Assembly: GCA_965221905.1 (NCBI GenBank)
Contig: OZ244922.1
Coordinates: 2,208,001-2,272,000 of the forward strand
Reading direction: 5' to 3'
DNA length: 64,000 nucleotides
Source of the DNA: Chloroflexota bacterium
GTDB taxonomy: Bacteria; Chloroflexota; UBA11872; VXOZ01
Position numbers and translations under genes: made by a program. Shown piece after piece: positions 41,134 to 51,791 of this stretch. A model generated the notes under the pieces. It ran no database searches, was not told the origin of the DNA, and was given only the letters and a program-made list of their open reading frames with translations. Positions within the stretch are counted from its first letter, which is position 1; each line of letters opens with the position of its first letter.

Positions 41134-41855
41134 AGTTGGCTGGGCAGCAGGCGCATGTCGGGCACATAGGCGCGTGAGGGAAGAGAAGCCACCAGCAGGG
41201 CAGCTTTAGCCACGTCTTCCGGCTCCAGCGCCTTGGCCAAGACCTCCGGCGGCGTAGGAGTCGGCCGCTTCTCAACCAACGGCGTATTGCATAGACCGGG
41301 AAAGATCACCGTCACACGGATGCCGTTCTCTTTCTCTTCCTCCATCGTGCCGTAGGCCAGCCCCGCCACGCCGTGCTTCGTGGCTTGGTATGCCACGCCG
41401 GATACGTCAGGCCGCTGGACCGCGCCGGAAGAAAAGTGGACGATGAGTCCCTGGCCCTGCGAGCGCATCTGCGGGAGCACTGCGCGGGTTAGATTGAAAG
41501 CCGCCGAAAGATTCACGGAGAGCATCATGTCCCAATCAACAGGATCGAGCACGGTCAGCGCGCGCTGTTTGAGATTGGTGCCAACGCTGTTTATGAGAGT
41601 ATCGACCCTGCCATAGTTTTCCACCGCCGTTTCCACAAGCGACTGTGCGGCCGCACCGTCGGTGGCATCAGTGGGAACGGCAAGCGCCTTGCCGCCGGCC
41701 GCGCTGATCTCTCCCACGAGCTTTTCTAGCGCATCAGCTCTGCGGGCGCCCAGCACAACCGTTGCCCCCTGAGCGGCAAATAGCTGCGCGGTGGCCGCAC
41801 CCATGCCGCTACTCGCGCCCGCTATGATTGCTATCTTCCCGCTAAGCATCTCCAT
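41130..41855 (-). CDS. SDR family oxidoreductase
   Basis: AGASSGMG, YQATK. Confidence 0.92.
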   Translation of the reverse strand: MEMLSGKIAIIAGASSGMGAATAQLFAAQGATVVLGARRADALEKLVGEISAAGGKALAVPTDATDGAAAQSLVETAVENYGRVDTLINSVGTNLKQRALTVLDPVDWDMMLSVNLSAAFNLTRAVLPQMRSQGQGLIVHFSSGAVQRPDVSGVAYQATKHGVAGLAYGTMEEEKENGIRVTVIFPGLCNTPLVEKRPTPTPPEVLAKALEPEDVAKAALLVASLPSRAYVPDMRLLPSQL

Positions 41856-42244
41856 CCCAAATCTCCTCTATACTATGCTGACTGGCATTTTGATCGGGTC
41901 TCCGCGCAAGTACCGCCACAAATGAGTGGCACTACCGTGACATCTCTTGGAAGTCATCTCTCTCGAGCGCGAGCCCAAAGGTGACTATACCGCATTTGTG
42001 CTACGGGTTCTAAGGTACAAGAGTTTAGTTGGACCTTGGGGCAAGAGGAGCAATTGGCCGGGAGACATTCACGATCACGCGTGGGCTGTTCCCTATCCGC
42101 CGAGTGCGCGGCAGTCCTGGTCGAATCCTCAGACCTGTGAAATCGTAATCTTGATTACGCATGCAACGAGCGGAGTGTGGTATTTTGAACACTGAATGAC
42201 ACGAATGACGCAATCATTGATCCCTAAGCGCGAGGTGGGCAGGA

Positions 42245-42790
42245 ATGAAGCGCGGGCCGCTCCGCACACTCGTAATCGTCCTATCGATTTTGGTAGCCAC
42301 GATAGCTGTGTCATTACTCTTGCAATTACGGGACTCGCTCCTTGACCGGCTGCCCGGCCTCCCAGAGTCGGCGCCGACTCAGGGCGCCGAGATGCCGGAC
42401 TTTACGCTGCAAACGGTGGATGGGGAAACCGTATCCCTCAGCGACTATCGCGGACAGCCGGTGGTGCTTAACTTCTGGGCGACGTGGTGCACGCCCTGCC
42501 GGGAGGAGATGCCCTTACTGCAGGAAACCTACGAGGCACATCAAGATGCGGGTTTAGTGGTGCTCGGCGTCAATGTGCGCGAGACCCCCGAAGCCGTCGC
42601 GCGCTTCTTGAAAGAGGTTGACGTTGACTTTCCAGTCGTGCTTGATACCGACTCTGCCGTAGTCAATCGCTATCTTGTTAATAGTCTGCCCATGACGTTC
42701 TTTATCGACCGCGAAGGCAGGCTCAGGACTCTCGTTGTGGGCGGAATGAGTAAGAAAGTCCTGGACGAGCGACTGGCAAGAATTCTTTGA
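42245..42790 (+). CDS. Membrane-anchored TlpA/ResA thiol-disulfide oxidoreductase
   Basis: N-terminal TM; NFWATWCTPC; LPMTFFID. Confidence 0.93.
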   Translation: MKRGPLRTLVIVLSILVATIAVSLLLQLRDSLLDRLPGLPESAPTQGAEMPDFTLQTVDGETVSLSDYRGQPVVLNFWATWCTPCREEMPLLQETYEAHQDAGLVVLGVNVRETPEAVARFLKEVDVDFPVVLDTDSAVVNRYLVNSLPMTFFIDREGRLRTLVVGGMSKKVLDERLARIL

Positions 42791-42995
42791 ACCTACATTG
42801 CCAGTCGCCGAGAGCTCCTGCAGCTTTCCGCATATCCGACACTGCACAACCGCTCCCGCCTCCCATGAGAGCCTCCCAGGGCGAGAATGGGCAGTCCCCC
42901 TCTCGATGCATTATTGAGAAGCTAGCCGCGCGCGGTTCGCATGCTCCATAATGTGAGAAAACCACATCCACCTTGTAAGAATTGGAGTGCAGCGC

Positions 42996-44066
42996 ATGGA
43001 CGACCGGAAATTGCGTGTTGGCATTATTGGCGCGGGAGGCATTGCCCGCGGCGCCCATGTACCCGGATATCGCAGTTCAGGGCGCGCTGACGTCAAAGCG
43101 GTCTGCGATGTGAATGCGGAAGCGGCGCGAGCATTTGCGGAGACGCAGAACGTACCCCGTCACTACGGTAGCGTGGCAGCAATGTTGGCGCAGGAAGAGT
43201 TAGACGTCGTCAGCATCTGCACCTCGAATGATGCGCATCATCCTGCCGCCATGGCTGCCATAGCACGTGGGCTTCACGTATTTTGCGAGAAGCCGCTGGC
43301 GCTGAATTTTGCGCAAGCGCGGGAAATGTATGAGGCGGCCCAGTCGCAGGGAGTCGTAACCGGCATCAACTTCACCTACCGGACTACTCCTGCTGCCCGC
43401 TACCTCAAGGAGCTAACGGACCAGAGTCTATTTGGCGAAGTCAAGCACTGCAGCATTGAGTACTACCAGAGCTACTCTGTGCAACCGGGCCGCTCCCTCG
43501 AGTGGCGTTTTCAAAGGAAGCTCACAGGCACCGGTGCTTTGGCAGATCTTGGCTCGCACGCCACCGATCTCGTACTATGGCTGAATGGCGGCATTGCCGG
43601 CGTGCGCGGTCACATGGCGACGTTTATTCATGAACGTCCGCTGCAAGATGGCTCCGGCATGGGCCCTGTGGACGTAGACGACTCCACAACGTTCCTCGCC
43701 GAGTACGAGAATGGCGCTACCGGCGTAGTCGACGCCACGCGCTTCGCCACGGGCCGCTCTAACCACCAACGAATCTCGATCTATGGGGACACGGGATCTC
43801 TAGTCTTTCAAAACGGACCTGAGCCCCGCATCGAGGTTGCCGTTGAGCCATTCAGCCGGGATGGTTCCGCCGTGCTCGTACCCGTGCCGTCGCGCCTGGT
43901 AGGCAGCCCTCGCTCGCACGTACCGTCCTTCGTCAACACTATCCTTGACGGCGCGCCGGTTGACTTTCCTACCTTTGCGGACGGACTCCGCACCCAGGAA
44001 GTGCTCGAGGCCGCCGAAGTTTCCCACAGCGAAGATCGGTGGATTTCTCTGCCTTTGCCTCGGTGA
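42996..44066 (+). CDS. Gfo/Idh/MocA family oxidoreductase
   Basis: GIIGAGGIA, CEKPLA, GALADLGSH. Confidence 0.92.
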   Translation: MDDRKLRVGIIGAGGIARGAHVPGYRSSGRADVKAVCDVNAEAARAFAETQNVPRHYGSVAAMLAQEELDVVSICTSNDAHHPAAMAAIARGLHVFCEKPLALNFAQAREMYEAAQSQGVVTGINFTYRTTPAARYLKELTDQSLFGEVKHCSIEYYQSYSVQPGRSLEWRFQRKLTGTGALADLGSHATDLVLWLNGGIAGVRGHMATFIHERPLQDGSGMGPVDVDDSTTFLAEYENGATGVVDATRFATGRSNHQRISIYGDTGSLVFQNGPEPRIEVAVEPFSRDGSAVLVPVPSRLVGSPRSHVPSFVNTILDGAPVDFPTFADGLRTQEVLEAAEVSHSEDRWISLPLPR

Positions 44067-44256
44067 GCGCCGACACTGTAGAAAGCAGCAAGTCTCTCCT
44101 CGCCGCCTACTTTGATCGAACCTCACCGAGGCAGCTGCCGCCGGTAGGTCGATCATGGCATTTGTCCTTGAGTCGGGTACACAGATCGTTGGGAAGTTGA
44201 ACAAAACGACCATTGAGTTTCGCGCCGAGCGGTACTTCTGCGTTCTCTGGCCGGTC

Positions 44257-44410
44257 AAACACCACATTTCCTTCTGGATCTTCAACAACGGCGAGAATTG
44301 AGGACCAAAAGTCACGCCCGCAGGGCAAGGGACGCGCATCCTACGTAAAGCTAAGGACTCCCAGCGACGTTGACGACACACTCCGGGACCTGGTGAAAAA
44401 AGCATATCGG
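44257..44410. pseudogene. Two back-to-back 3' gene remnants (VOC/glyoxalase-like tail on minus; DUF5655/DUF1801-like tail on plus)
   Basis: Minus 44328-44257 DFWSSILAVVEDPEGNVV; plus 44324-44407 GKGRASYVKLRTPSDVDDTLRDLVKKAY. Confidence 0.45.
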
Positions 44411-44497
44411 ACCGAAGTGCTCCGCCGGCCGCAACTTCCCCGACGCTGCCCTAACACGGAGAACCCGCCAACACTCCCGTGCGCGAAGTGGGCGGCC

Positions 44498-45376
44498 CTA
44501 CGTGGCTTGGGATACCTCTCCCGCCCCATTGACGGAGCGCAGATTCACATCCCGCTGCGGGAAGGGAATCTCAATGCCTTTCTCGCGGAAAGTCTCACTG
44601 ACCGTGTGGTGCAGGTCGCTCACGGTCTGAAGGCGATCGCTCAAGTCGGCTACCCACGCCATGACCCAGAAGTCGAGGGCGGATTCGCCAAACGAACGAA
44701 AGAACACGCGCGGTTCCGGTTCATCGAGAACTGCCGGATGGTTGCTCACTGTGCCAAGAAGCAACTCCTCCACCAGTCTCGTATCTCCCGAATACGAGAC
44801 GTTCACGTTAAAGTCGAACCGGATCCGCCGATCATCGAGAGACCAATTGGTCACGAGGCAAGAAAGGAGATCGGCATTCGGCACCACTGCTTGCGTGTGG
44901 TCGAACTTGCGCAAGGTCGTTGCCCGGGCGCCGAGGTGCTCAACGGTGCCAAGTTGCCCGTTCACTTCTATGACGTCCCCAATCCCAACCTTTATAGGAC
45001 GTTCCGCGAGCAGTATCAAGCCCGAAACAAAGTTGTTGACGATGCTCTGCAAACCGAAGCCAATGCCTATTCCCAGCGCGCCCAGTACCACCAATACGGA
45101 ATCAAGATCGAACCCCAGCGTGCGAAACCCAATGTAGGACCCAACGATAACTATCAGGTAGTGGATCATTGCGCCAAACGCGTACTTTGCCGGAGCGTCC
45201 GGCTGATCGTCCGAAGTGGCACGTTCCTGGAAAATCCGACGTACTCGCCGTGCAATAGCCCACGTCACGCCCAGGATGATTACCAGAACGATGATGTTCT
45301 TTATGTCAACCGTCGTGGCACTGACCGTGAATAGGGTAATGTTGAGAAAATGCCAAAGGGTTTCCAAGGTCTCCAC
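44498..45376 (-). CDS. Small-conductance mechanosensitive channel (MscS family)
   Basis: GALGIGIGFGLQSIVNNFVSG, VPN, NWS, IEIPFPQR. Confidence 0.93.
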   Translation of the reverse strand: METLETLWHFLNITLFTVSATTVDIKNIIVLVIILGVTWAIARRVRRIFQERATSDDQPDAPAKYAFGAMIHYLIVIVGSYIGFRTLGFDLDSVLVVLGALGIGIGFGLQSIVNNFVSGLILLAERPIKVGIGDVIEVNGQLGTVEHLGARATTLRKFDHTQAVVPNADLLSCLVTNWSLDDRRIRFDFNVNVSYSGDTRLVEELLLGTVSNHPAVLDEPEPRVFFRSFGESALDFWVMAWVADLSDRLQTVSDLHHTVSETFREKGIEIPFPQRDVNLRSVNGAGEVSQAT

Positions 45377-45464
45377 ACACGCCTCCTTGCACTAGCGCGA
45401 CAGTGTGGCTAGGGATTCTGACGTCATTGGATCGAATCAGGGAGCGCGTCCCATCGCAATCCCC

Positions 45465-45490
45465 GTTGTAAGAACTGGTTGTAAGAACTG
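45465..45490. repeat. Tandem duplication, 2 x 13 bp (GTTGTAAGAACTG)
   Basis: Exact duplication upstream of the MscS gene. Confidence 0.8.
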
Positions 45491-45507
45491 GATGTAGCCG
45501 GAGTGTG

Positions 45508-46932
45508 TTACTGCCACTCACTTGGGAGGGTCTGCCGCTCCAAGATAAAGCCGAGCAATGAGTGAAGTTTACGCAGAGCATCCGGAACTGGGCCGTGCCC
45601 CCCATTCATCATCGTGTGATAATGATGTGCTATCACCGGGCTGTAGAGCGGAAACGTGGCTGTAATCGGCAGCGAGCGCTGTGGGTAAGTCTCGCTGAGC
45701 AAAGTCGCAATATAGTGGGGCTCAATGCGACTCGACGCAAGCACCTCCGACAGTACCGGCAGCGCTTGCTCACTCTCGAGCACATGCCCTTGAACCTCTG
45801 AGCGCATTGCCCAGGTAACGAATTCCCACGCGGCATCGATTTGCTCTGTACCGGTTACGATGGCTAAACCGTCGTAGAGCGCCAACGTCTGGCTCTCTCC
45901 TCCTCCAATGGGAAAGAGCGGTTTCGCCCGCCAAGTAACGTCCCCTGAGCGTAAGCGATACATGTCACGAGGGGTTCCGAGAAACATGGCTAGCCTGTTG
46001 CTCGCAAAGTGTTGCACATAGGTGTCGGAGGAAAACTCTCCCACTTGCGGCGCAACGTGGAGAGCGTGTCGCCAGTCCTGCAGAATCTGGTAGGACCTCT
46101 CTACTTCCGGTAATTCTAGGGTGCTAAATCTGCCAGTCTCATCCAGCACGTCGCCTCCACCGCTCCACAGCCACGGTAACGAATGAAACCATGAATCCGG
46201 GAATCCAATTCCCGCTTTGCTCAAGCGATTGTCCGGCCCGATCTGCGCTAGTTGCAGCGCTGCCTCATGTGCTGTCTCGAGTGTCCAGCGCTCTTGGTTA
46301 AGGTGATCGGACAAGCCACTTTCCCGCAGCATGTCAACATTGACAAAGAGAAGTCTTGGATTGCTGCGCCAGGGCAGGCCATAGTGATCGCCCACACCGG
46401 TCCGCTTTGCTTCCGGATAGTAGCGAAAGGCTTTCAGCGCTGCGGTCGGTATGTCGCTCGTCGTGTAGCCATCAAGCCACTTACTAGCAAACGTCTGAAT
46501 GTTGACGTACAAATTGCGCTCTACCCAGTGCGGGAAGAACATGTCCTGAATTGAGGCTACAGCCGGAGGAATGCCCGCCGCAGCCGATATGGCTACCATC
46601 TCTTCAACAGGTCGTTGGTAGAATTCTTGGCTGAGTTGAATGTGGGGCAGGTCCGCCTCAAGTTGCTGTCGGATGGTGAACCAAAGACGCCGTTCTAGCG
46701 GGTCATCCCAGGCAAAGTGCCACAGTACTACCGGTTCTTTCGGCGCGGGAGATGATATTGACGAATGAGTTTCACGCGTTGCCTGGCCTAGAGGCAGCCG
46801 AGAGCCGGAACCCCGGGGTACCGCAGAAGAAGCCGGCTGGAAAGAAGAATCATTCGGCTGACTGCAAGTTAGCAGGAGCGGTGGAAGACCAAGTGAAGCG
46901 GCAAGAAAGTGGCGACGGGTAATGCGCGGCAT
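45508..46932 (-). CDS. Orphan extracellular solute-binding protein (family 1), Tat lipoprotein
   Basis: TRRHFL twin-arginine, LLTC lipobox-like, YGLPW, AAWEFV. Confidence 0.8.
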   Translation of the reverse strand: MPRITRRHFLAASLGLPPLLLTCSQPNDSSFQPASSAVPRGSGSRLPLGQATRETHSSISSPAPKEPVVLWHFAWDDPLERRLWFTIRQQLEADLPHIQLSQEFYQRPVEEMVAISAAAGIPPAVASIQDMFFPHWVERNLYVNIQTFASKWLDGYTTSDIPTAALKAFRYYPEAKRTGVGDHYGLPWRSNPRLLFVNVDMLRESGLSDHLNQERWTLETAHEAALQLAQIGPDNRLSKAGIGFPDSWFHSLPWLWSGGGDVLDETGRFSTLELPEVERSYQILQDWRHALHVAPQVGEFSSDTYVQHFASNRLAMFLGTPRDMYRLRSGDVTWRAKPLFPIGGGESQTLALYDGLAIVTGTEQIDAAWEFVTWAMRSEVQGHVLESEQALPVLSEVLASSRIEPHYIATLLSETYPQRSLPITATFPLYSPVIAHHYHTMMNGGHGPVPDALRKLHSLLGFILERQTLPSEWQ

Positions 46933-47091
46933 GAATCGTTACAAAGGGCAGGTTGTAGGGAGAATCTAAACGAGGCAATGGAGGACGATAGGGGATCTGC
47001 TAATTAGCATACCATGAATTGCAGATAGGCGCTAGGCGCAACCGTGTATTGCCTTGCGCTTTCCTTGCAAAATTGCAGTCGCGAGACTCAT

Positions 47092-47131
47092 CTAAGCGGT
47101 CGCTTTCAGCCCTAAGCGATCGCTTTCAGCC
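47092..47131. repeat. Tandem duplication, 2 x 20 bp (CTAAGCGRTCGCTTTCAGCC)
   Basis: Units at 47092 and 47112, one mismatch. Confidence 0.85.
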
Positions 47132-47410
47132 CGGCAGACTGCGCTAGAGTGGGTGATTTAACTGCGCGGCACTCTAGTACAGCGCGAAAACACACGGTCT
47201 CCGTGCGGCGCACACATTTCCGCAGAAGGGCACTAGTGCCCGCCAGTGCTCGCCGGCTTTCGCTAAACGCCGCAATTAGAGCGAGCAGAGCCAAAGCAAA
47301 CAAGGCCTGCACAGCCCTTACAACACAGGCCGCTCCAAGAAATGCGAATGCCCTACCTGCTTTGCGAATTCGCTAGACGATTCCGATGCGTTCTATCTCC
47401 TACTCAGCCC

Positions 47411-49531
47411 TTACTTTCGATCGGCCCAAGCTATGAGCGCAGCGAGCGCTTCAGTGCGCGTAGCACGCGAATGGATTTTTAAGCGCTTCCGCGCGTCGAG
47501 CCGCTTGAACATCAAGGCAGCCGGCGCAAACGTATCCTCAGAATCCTGCTGACCTACGGCCTCAGCCATGGCGTCCACCGGATTGACGATGGTGGTGATG
47601 CGCGGAGCCAACGCGCCAACCAGGCTCGGCAAGTCGTAGTGCAATAGGACACCGGGAAGGAAGCTGCTTGCGGGCACGGTATACTGGCCTGCGCGCGTAA
47701 TGTGACGATATGAAGCAAGCGTCTCATGCGTCGCCACTGCCTGGATTCGTTCGTCAAGGGTAGCGGCGTGGAGCGCCACCAGCCCGCCGCCGCCGTGGCC
47801 GAGCACTGCGATACGTTCCGTGTTCACGTCGGGCCGCTCAACTACCTGGTCGACACAGCGAATTGCATCGACCACGCGTTGCGTCAGCGGCCATTCGCCA
47901 AGGAAGTAGCCCAGGTACGCCAAGCGAGAGTCAGTCCCCAGCAGAGCGACATCGCTGGGCGTGTACTTGACCTGCGCACTCCAGCGGGTCTCGCCCCAGC
48001 CGCGTAAGTCCATTGCAAAGACCATGCTCCCGGCACGCGCCAATTCGGCGGCAATGCCACTCTCATGGGCTTCAACATCCTTGCCGCCATCATGCACATA
48101 GATAATCGCGGGATGCGGGCCCTCACCCGGCGGATGAAAGGCCAGGCCGGGCACAGGCAAGTCCACTTCGCTCTCGAAGTACACCTCCTCAACCTGAAGC
48201 CCGCCCACAGTCCGTGTCCCCACGGTCTGCATGGCGCCGGCCGCGGATTTCCCTGTGTAATCAAGCACCGAACGTGCTGCTTCGCGAATGTCCTTACGGT
48301 ACCGCTCGGCATCCTTCTGCTTATCCAATGCGGGAACCGCAGGCGAAAGCTCTTGTACGCGTCGTTCGTTTAGAGAAACAACCGTCTCGTTCCGGTCGCT
48401 CAGAATCGCTTGCCCGGACGTGGTGCACCAGAGGGTCTCCGGCGATTCAGGCGTAAAGGGACCTTCTGTCACCGCTCCCGGTTCATCCTTCAACCAGCGA
48501 TTGAACCACGCGTACATTTCCTCGCGCATCGGCTGGTTATAGTCATGATGGGCCGGCGCCTCAACCATGTTTGCCCGCTCCGGCACACCTAACGCCGAGT
48601 AGCAGTCGAGCACGTCCGCATACACGTCACGCGCGCCAATCAAGGGGAAGAAGTCGTAGGTGGTCGAAGTGATTTGCATTGGCAGCGGCGCGCGGGACAT
48701 CAGGAGGTCCGCCATTTCCAGGTCATTGGGATAGCTGCCGGCAGGGTCTTGACAGGGATCGCCGATCTGCCCTTTCGAGTGCATCCGCTCATACGTGGCC
48801 GTAGAGCACACCGGTACCGCCGCCTTGATGCGGTCATCGAACGCGGTTAAGAACATGGTGTACGTGCCCCCGCCCGACGCCCCGGTACAGCCAATGCGGC
48901 TTGAGTCCACGTCGCTGCGCATTTCCAAGTAATCAAGCATCCGCACGCCGTCCCACACCATGTGGTTGATCACTGTCTGACCGACGAGCCAGCAGGGCAG
49001 GCAAGCGCCCGCGTGTTGCTCGGTGCTGCTAACCACTGGGTTTGTGTTCGTGGCGGTATCCCAGATCTGACTGCGCTCGCCCTGTCCGATGGGATCGTAT
49101 AGGAGCGCAACGTACCCGTGCCGAGCAAGGCCGATACCGCGCGCTTGCACTACCGCTTCCGCCTTGCCGTCCGCCCAGTGACCCAATGGGTTCAGCACTG
49201 CCGGTAGGGGCTCTGTGACCTCCGGCGGTCGATAGAGGTTTACGGTGACCGGAAAACCAGGCTGGCTCTCGATGAGCAACTTCTCAACTACGTAGCCGTC
49301 ACGCTCGAGGATGCCGACAAGCTTTGGATTCAGCGGCGTCCGCTCCGGGAATTGTCCCAGGGAGAGACGGAAGTTTTCGCGCACGGCCTGCAAGTGCGCT
49401 TGCCAGTCTTCCGCGGTCTTGAAAGAGCGCAACTTGCGCTTTCGCCGCCAATAGTGTTCACGCGCCTCCCGCAAGAGATAGCCATAGTAGGCCTCATCCG
49501 CCCCACTAACGCGCCCGCTCAGTACTGCCAT
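47411..49531 (-). CDS. Two-domain alpha/beta hydrolase (acetylxylan esterase-like)
   Basis: Domain 1 GASGGG nucleophile elbow and HHDY; domain 2 GHGGGG (no Ser); DLRGWGE. Confidence 0.82.
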   Translation of the reverse strand: MAVLSGRVSGADEAYYGYLLREAREHYWRRKRKLRSFKTAEDWQAHLQAVRENFRLSLGQFPERTPLNPKLVGILERDGYVVEKLLIESQPGFPVTVNLYRPPEVTEPLPAVLNPLGHWADGKAEAVVQARGIGLARHGYVALLYDPIGQGERSQIWDTATNTNPVVSSTEQHAGACLPCWLVGQTVINHMVWDGVRMLDYLEMRSDVDSSRIGCTGASGGGTYTMFLTAFDDRIKAAVPVCSTATYERMHSKGQIGDPCQDPAGSYPNDLEMADLLMSRAPLPMQITSTTYDFFPLIGARDVYADVLDCYSALGVPERANMVEAPAHHDYNQPMREEMYAWFNRWLKDEPGAVTEGPFTPESPETLWCTTSGQAILSDRNETVVSLNERRVQELSPAVPALDKQKDAERYRKDIREAARSVLDYTGKSAAGAMQTVGTRTVGGLQVEEVYFESEVDLPVPGLAFHPPGEGPHPAIIYVHDGGKDVEAHESGIAAELARAGSMVFAMDLRGWGETRWSAQVKYTPSDVALLGTDSRLAYLGYFLGEWPLTQRVVDAIRCVDQVVERPDVNTERIAVLGHGGGGLVALHAATLDERIQAVATHETLASYRHITRAGQYTVPASSFLPGVLLHYDLPSLVGALAPRITTIVNPVDAMAEAVGQQDSEDTFAPAALMFKRLDARKRLKIHSRATRTEALAALIAWADRK

Positions 49532-49704
49532 GAGAACACTCCTCTTCCCGCAGTGCGACCGAGAAATCCCGTCATGCTTACATCGTGGCTCTGGCTAAGA
49601 GGGTACGTGCAAGAATGCTAACGCGCAACCCTCTATTCAGGTTGTGCACTGAGGATACAACGGCTTGGATACGGTGAGCAAAGTATGATACTATCTCACC
49701 CGTC

Positions 49705-50967
49705 ATGACGCGACCTCTCCCAAGCGATATTCGCGACTATATCGAACGTGAAGCCACCGCAGTTGCGGACTGGCTCTATGAAATGTGTGCTCTAGAGAGC
49801 AAACTCGGCAACGAGGCAGCAACGCGCGTGGAAGTGATGAACGCTTTTCAGAGCCTGGGTCTCGCTGTAGAGGAAGTGCCCTTTCCACAAGACATTGCTG
49901 CGAATCCGCATCACATTCCGGTGCCCGAACTCGACCAATGCCCCGACCACGTACGCGCCAATGTGCTTGCCACGCGACCGGGCAGCGGCGGCGGCCGCAG
50001 TCTCATATTGCAGACCCACCTGGATGTCGTACCGAATAGCGAGGGGCAGCGTTACGAACGCATTCAGGACCCTGAGCGCGGCGAGATCATCTACGCCCGC
50101 GGCAGCAACGACGCCAAAGGGCAAGTAGCGGCGCTGCTGCTCGTCATGCGCGCGTTGGCGCACTTTGGGATTCCGCTTGCGGGCGATCTGGCCCTGCAAT
50201 TGGTCACAGAAGAGGAAGTAGGCGGCAACGGCGCGCTGGCCTTCATTCACGCGGGACTTCGGGCCGATGGCGTGGTGGTCATGGAACCCTCCTTGGCCCA
50301 GATCCATCCGGCCAATCGCGGCGCTCTCTGGTTTCAAATTGGCATCGAAGGCGTCAGCATGCACATGGGGCGGATGCACGAAGGCGTCAGCGCAATTGAC
50401 AAGGGCATTGCCCTCATCGCCAGCTTCAAGGAATACGAGAAAGAGTTGGTGGCAATGAGTAAGGGGTATCGCGGCTTTGAGCGCTACGATCACCCGGTGC
50501 AACTAAACGTCGGCATCTTCCAGGGCGGTCACTGGCCGAGCGCCGTGGCGGGTGAGGCGACCATCGAAGGCGGTGTCGGCTTCTTGCCGAATAAGGCCAT
50601 GGAAGACGTGCGGGCAGACTTGGAGCGCATCGTCGCAAGCCACCCGGACGAGTGGATTCGGAATCACACGACGATCGAATTTAAGAAGCTGCGCAACGAC
50701 TCTTTCGAGATACCTTATGACCACCCGCTCCCTACAATGCTGTACGCGGCCGCGCGCGACGCGGGACTGCAGAGCGAGGTCTTTGGCTGGAATGTCTCCT
50801 GCGATGCGCGGCTCTATTCCCGCGTTGGTGGGCTCCCCGTCGTCGTCTTCGGCCCGGGCGACCTTGCCACCGCACATGGTCCCCATGAGCACTTCGCAGT
50901 TGCAGACATGGTAGACGCCGCCTGCGCTCTGACCCATTTCGTGCAGGAGTGGTGCGGTACGTGTTAG
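49705..50967 (+). CDS. M20 family metallopeptidase/deacylase (ArgE/DapE-like)
   Basis: HLDVV, RGSNDAKG, EEEVGG, EP, AHGPHE. Confidence 0.92.
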   Translation: MTRPLPSDIRDYIEREATAVADWLYEMCALESKLGNEAATRVEVMNAFQSLGLAVEEVPFPQDIAANPHHIPVPELDQCPDHVRANVLATRPGSGGGRSLILQTHLDVVPNSEGQRYERIQDPERGEIIYARGSNDAKGQVAALLLVMRALAHFGIPLAGDLALQLVTEEEVGGNGALAFIHAGLRADGVVVMEPSLAQIHPANRGALWFQIGIEGVSMHMGRMHEGVSAIDKGIALIASFKEYEKELVAMSKGYRGFERYDHPVQLNVGIFQGGHWPSAVAGEATIEGGVGFLPNKAMEDVRADLERIVASHPDEWIRNHTTIEFKKLRNDSFEIPYDHPLPTMLYAAARDAGLQSEVFGWNVSCDARLYSRVGGLPVVVFGPGDLATAHGPHEHFAVADMVDAACALTHFVQEWCGTC

Positions 50968-51016
50968 GCATCGAAACCCCCCGGCACTGCTGCCGGTTAT
51001 TCCCGAAAAGAGGCGT

Positions 51017-51661
51017 ATGTCTCGCATAGAGCAGAACAGCGAGGATAGCCGTAGAATCTGGGAAGCGCTGGCGTTCATCCTTCATCGCGTCTACGAACCG
51101 CTGGAAGAAGCTGCGGCAGGATGGGCGATCATAGGGAGCGCCGCCTCGGCGCTACAGGACATAGCGGTCAGCCCAAACGAGCTACGCATACTTACAACGC
51201 CCGATGCGTTCGACGTCTGGGCCAGCCATCTCTGGGACTGGCTGGACGAGGAACCGGACGTCCGCGATCCTGATCACGTCAAGCTTACTTTGACGGTTGA
51301 ACTGGCACCGGTGACGATTTTCGTTCGCGAGCCTCGCGAGAACGAGCAAGGTATACTGCTAGAGGGCGTGGGGGGTGCGTTATGGGACGTAATCGGCAGA
51401 GTGCGCTTCCAGAATTGGCTGGTGCCGGTTGTGCCGCTTGAGGTGCAATTTGCGACAACAGTTGGGCGGATGGTTCGTAACCAATCCCAGCGCTCGTGGC
51501 AGCAATTGGCCGGCAAGATGGCACAGGCGCTCTACGCCAACGGCTACTATCGCGAACTCGTTGAAGAAGCGCTCAATCCCTATGGAGAGCAGGTCGGCAA
51601 CGCAGCCATTGACCTGATCCAAGCACAAGCTGCGCCACGACCGTCACGTTCGGTACGCTGA
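51017..51661 (+). CDS. Hypothetical protein, degenerate nucleotidyltransferase-like
   Basis: WAIIGSAASALQ resembles the NTase GS motif, but the DxD position reads NELR; GAGG RBS. Confidence 0.55.
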   Translation: MSRIEQNSEDSRRIWEALAFILHRVYEPLEEAAAGWAIIGSAASALQDIAVSPNELRILTTPDAFDVWASHLWDWLDEEPDVRDPDHVKLTLTVELAPVTIFVREPRENEQGILLEGVGGALWDVIGRVRFQNWLVPVVPLEVQFATTVGRMVRNQSQRSWQQLAGKMAQALYANGYYRELVEEALNPYGEQVGNAAIDLIQAQAAPRPSRSVR

Positions 51662-51791
51662 GTACGGGCTGGATGAGCATGGCGTACGACGTTCTGCGTG
51701 CGGCCTCTTCGGGCAATCAGGTCGTGCAGCGCAGAAGCAACATGCGCTCCTAACTTGCGGCGGGTGAAGAGAAGAAGGAGAAACTATCCTC

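Noticed and set aside
44213-45334. 373-aa plus-strand ORF
   Set aside because: Mostly the antisense shadow of the MscS gene; only a short segment looks like a protein remnant.
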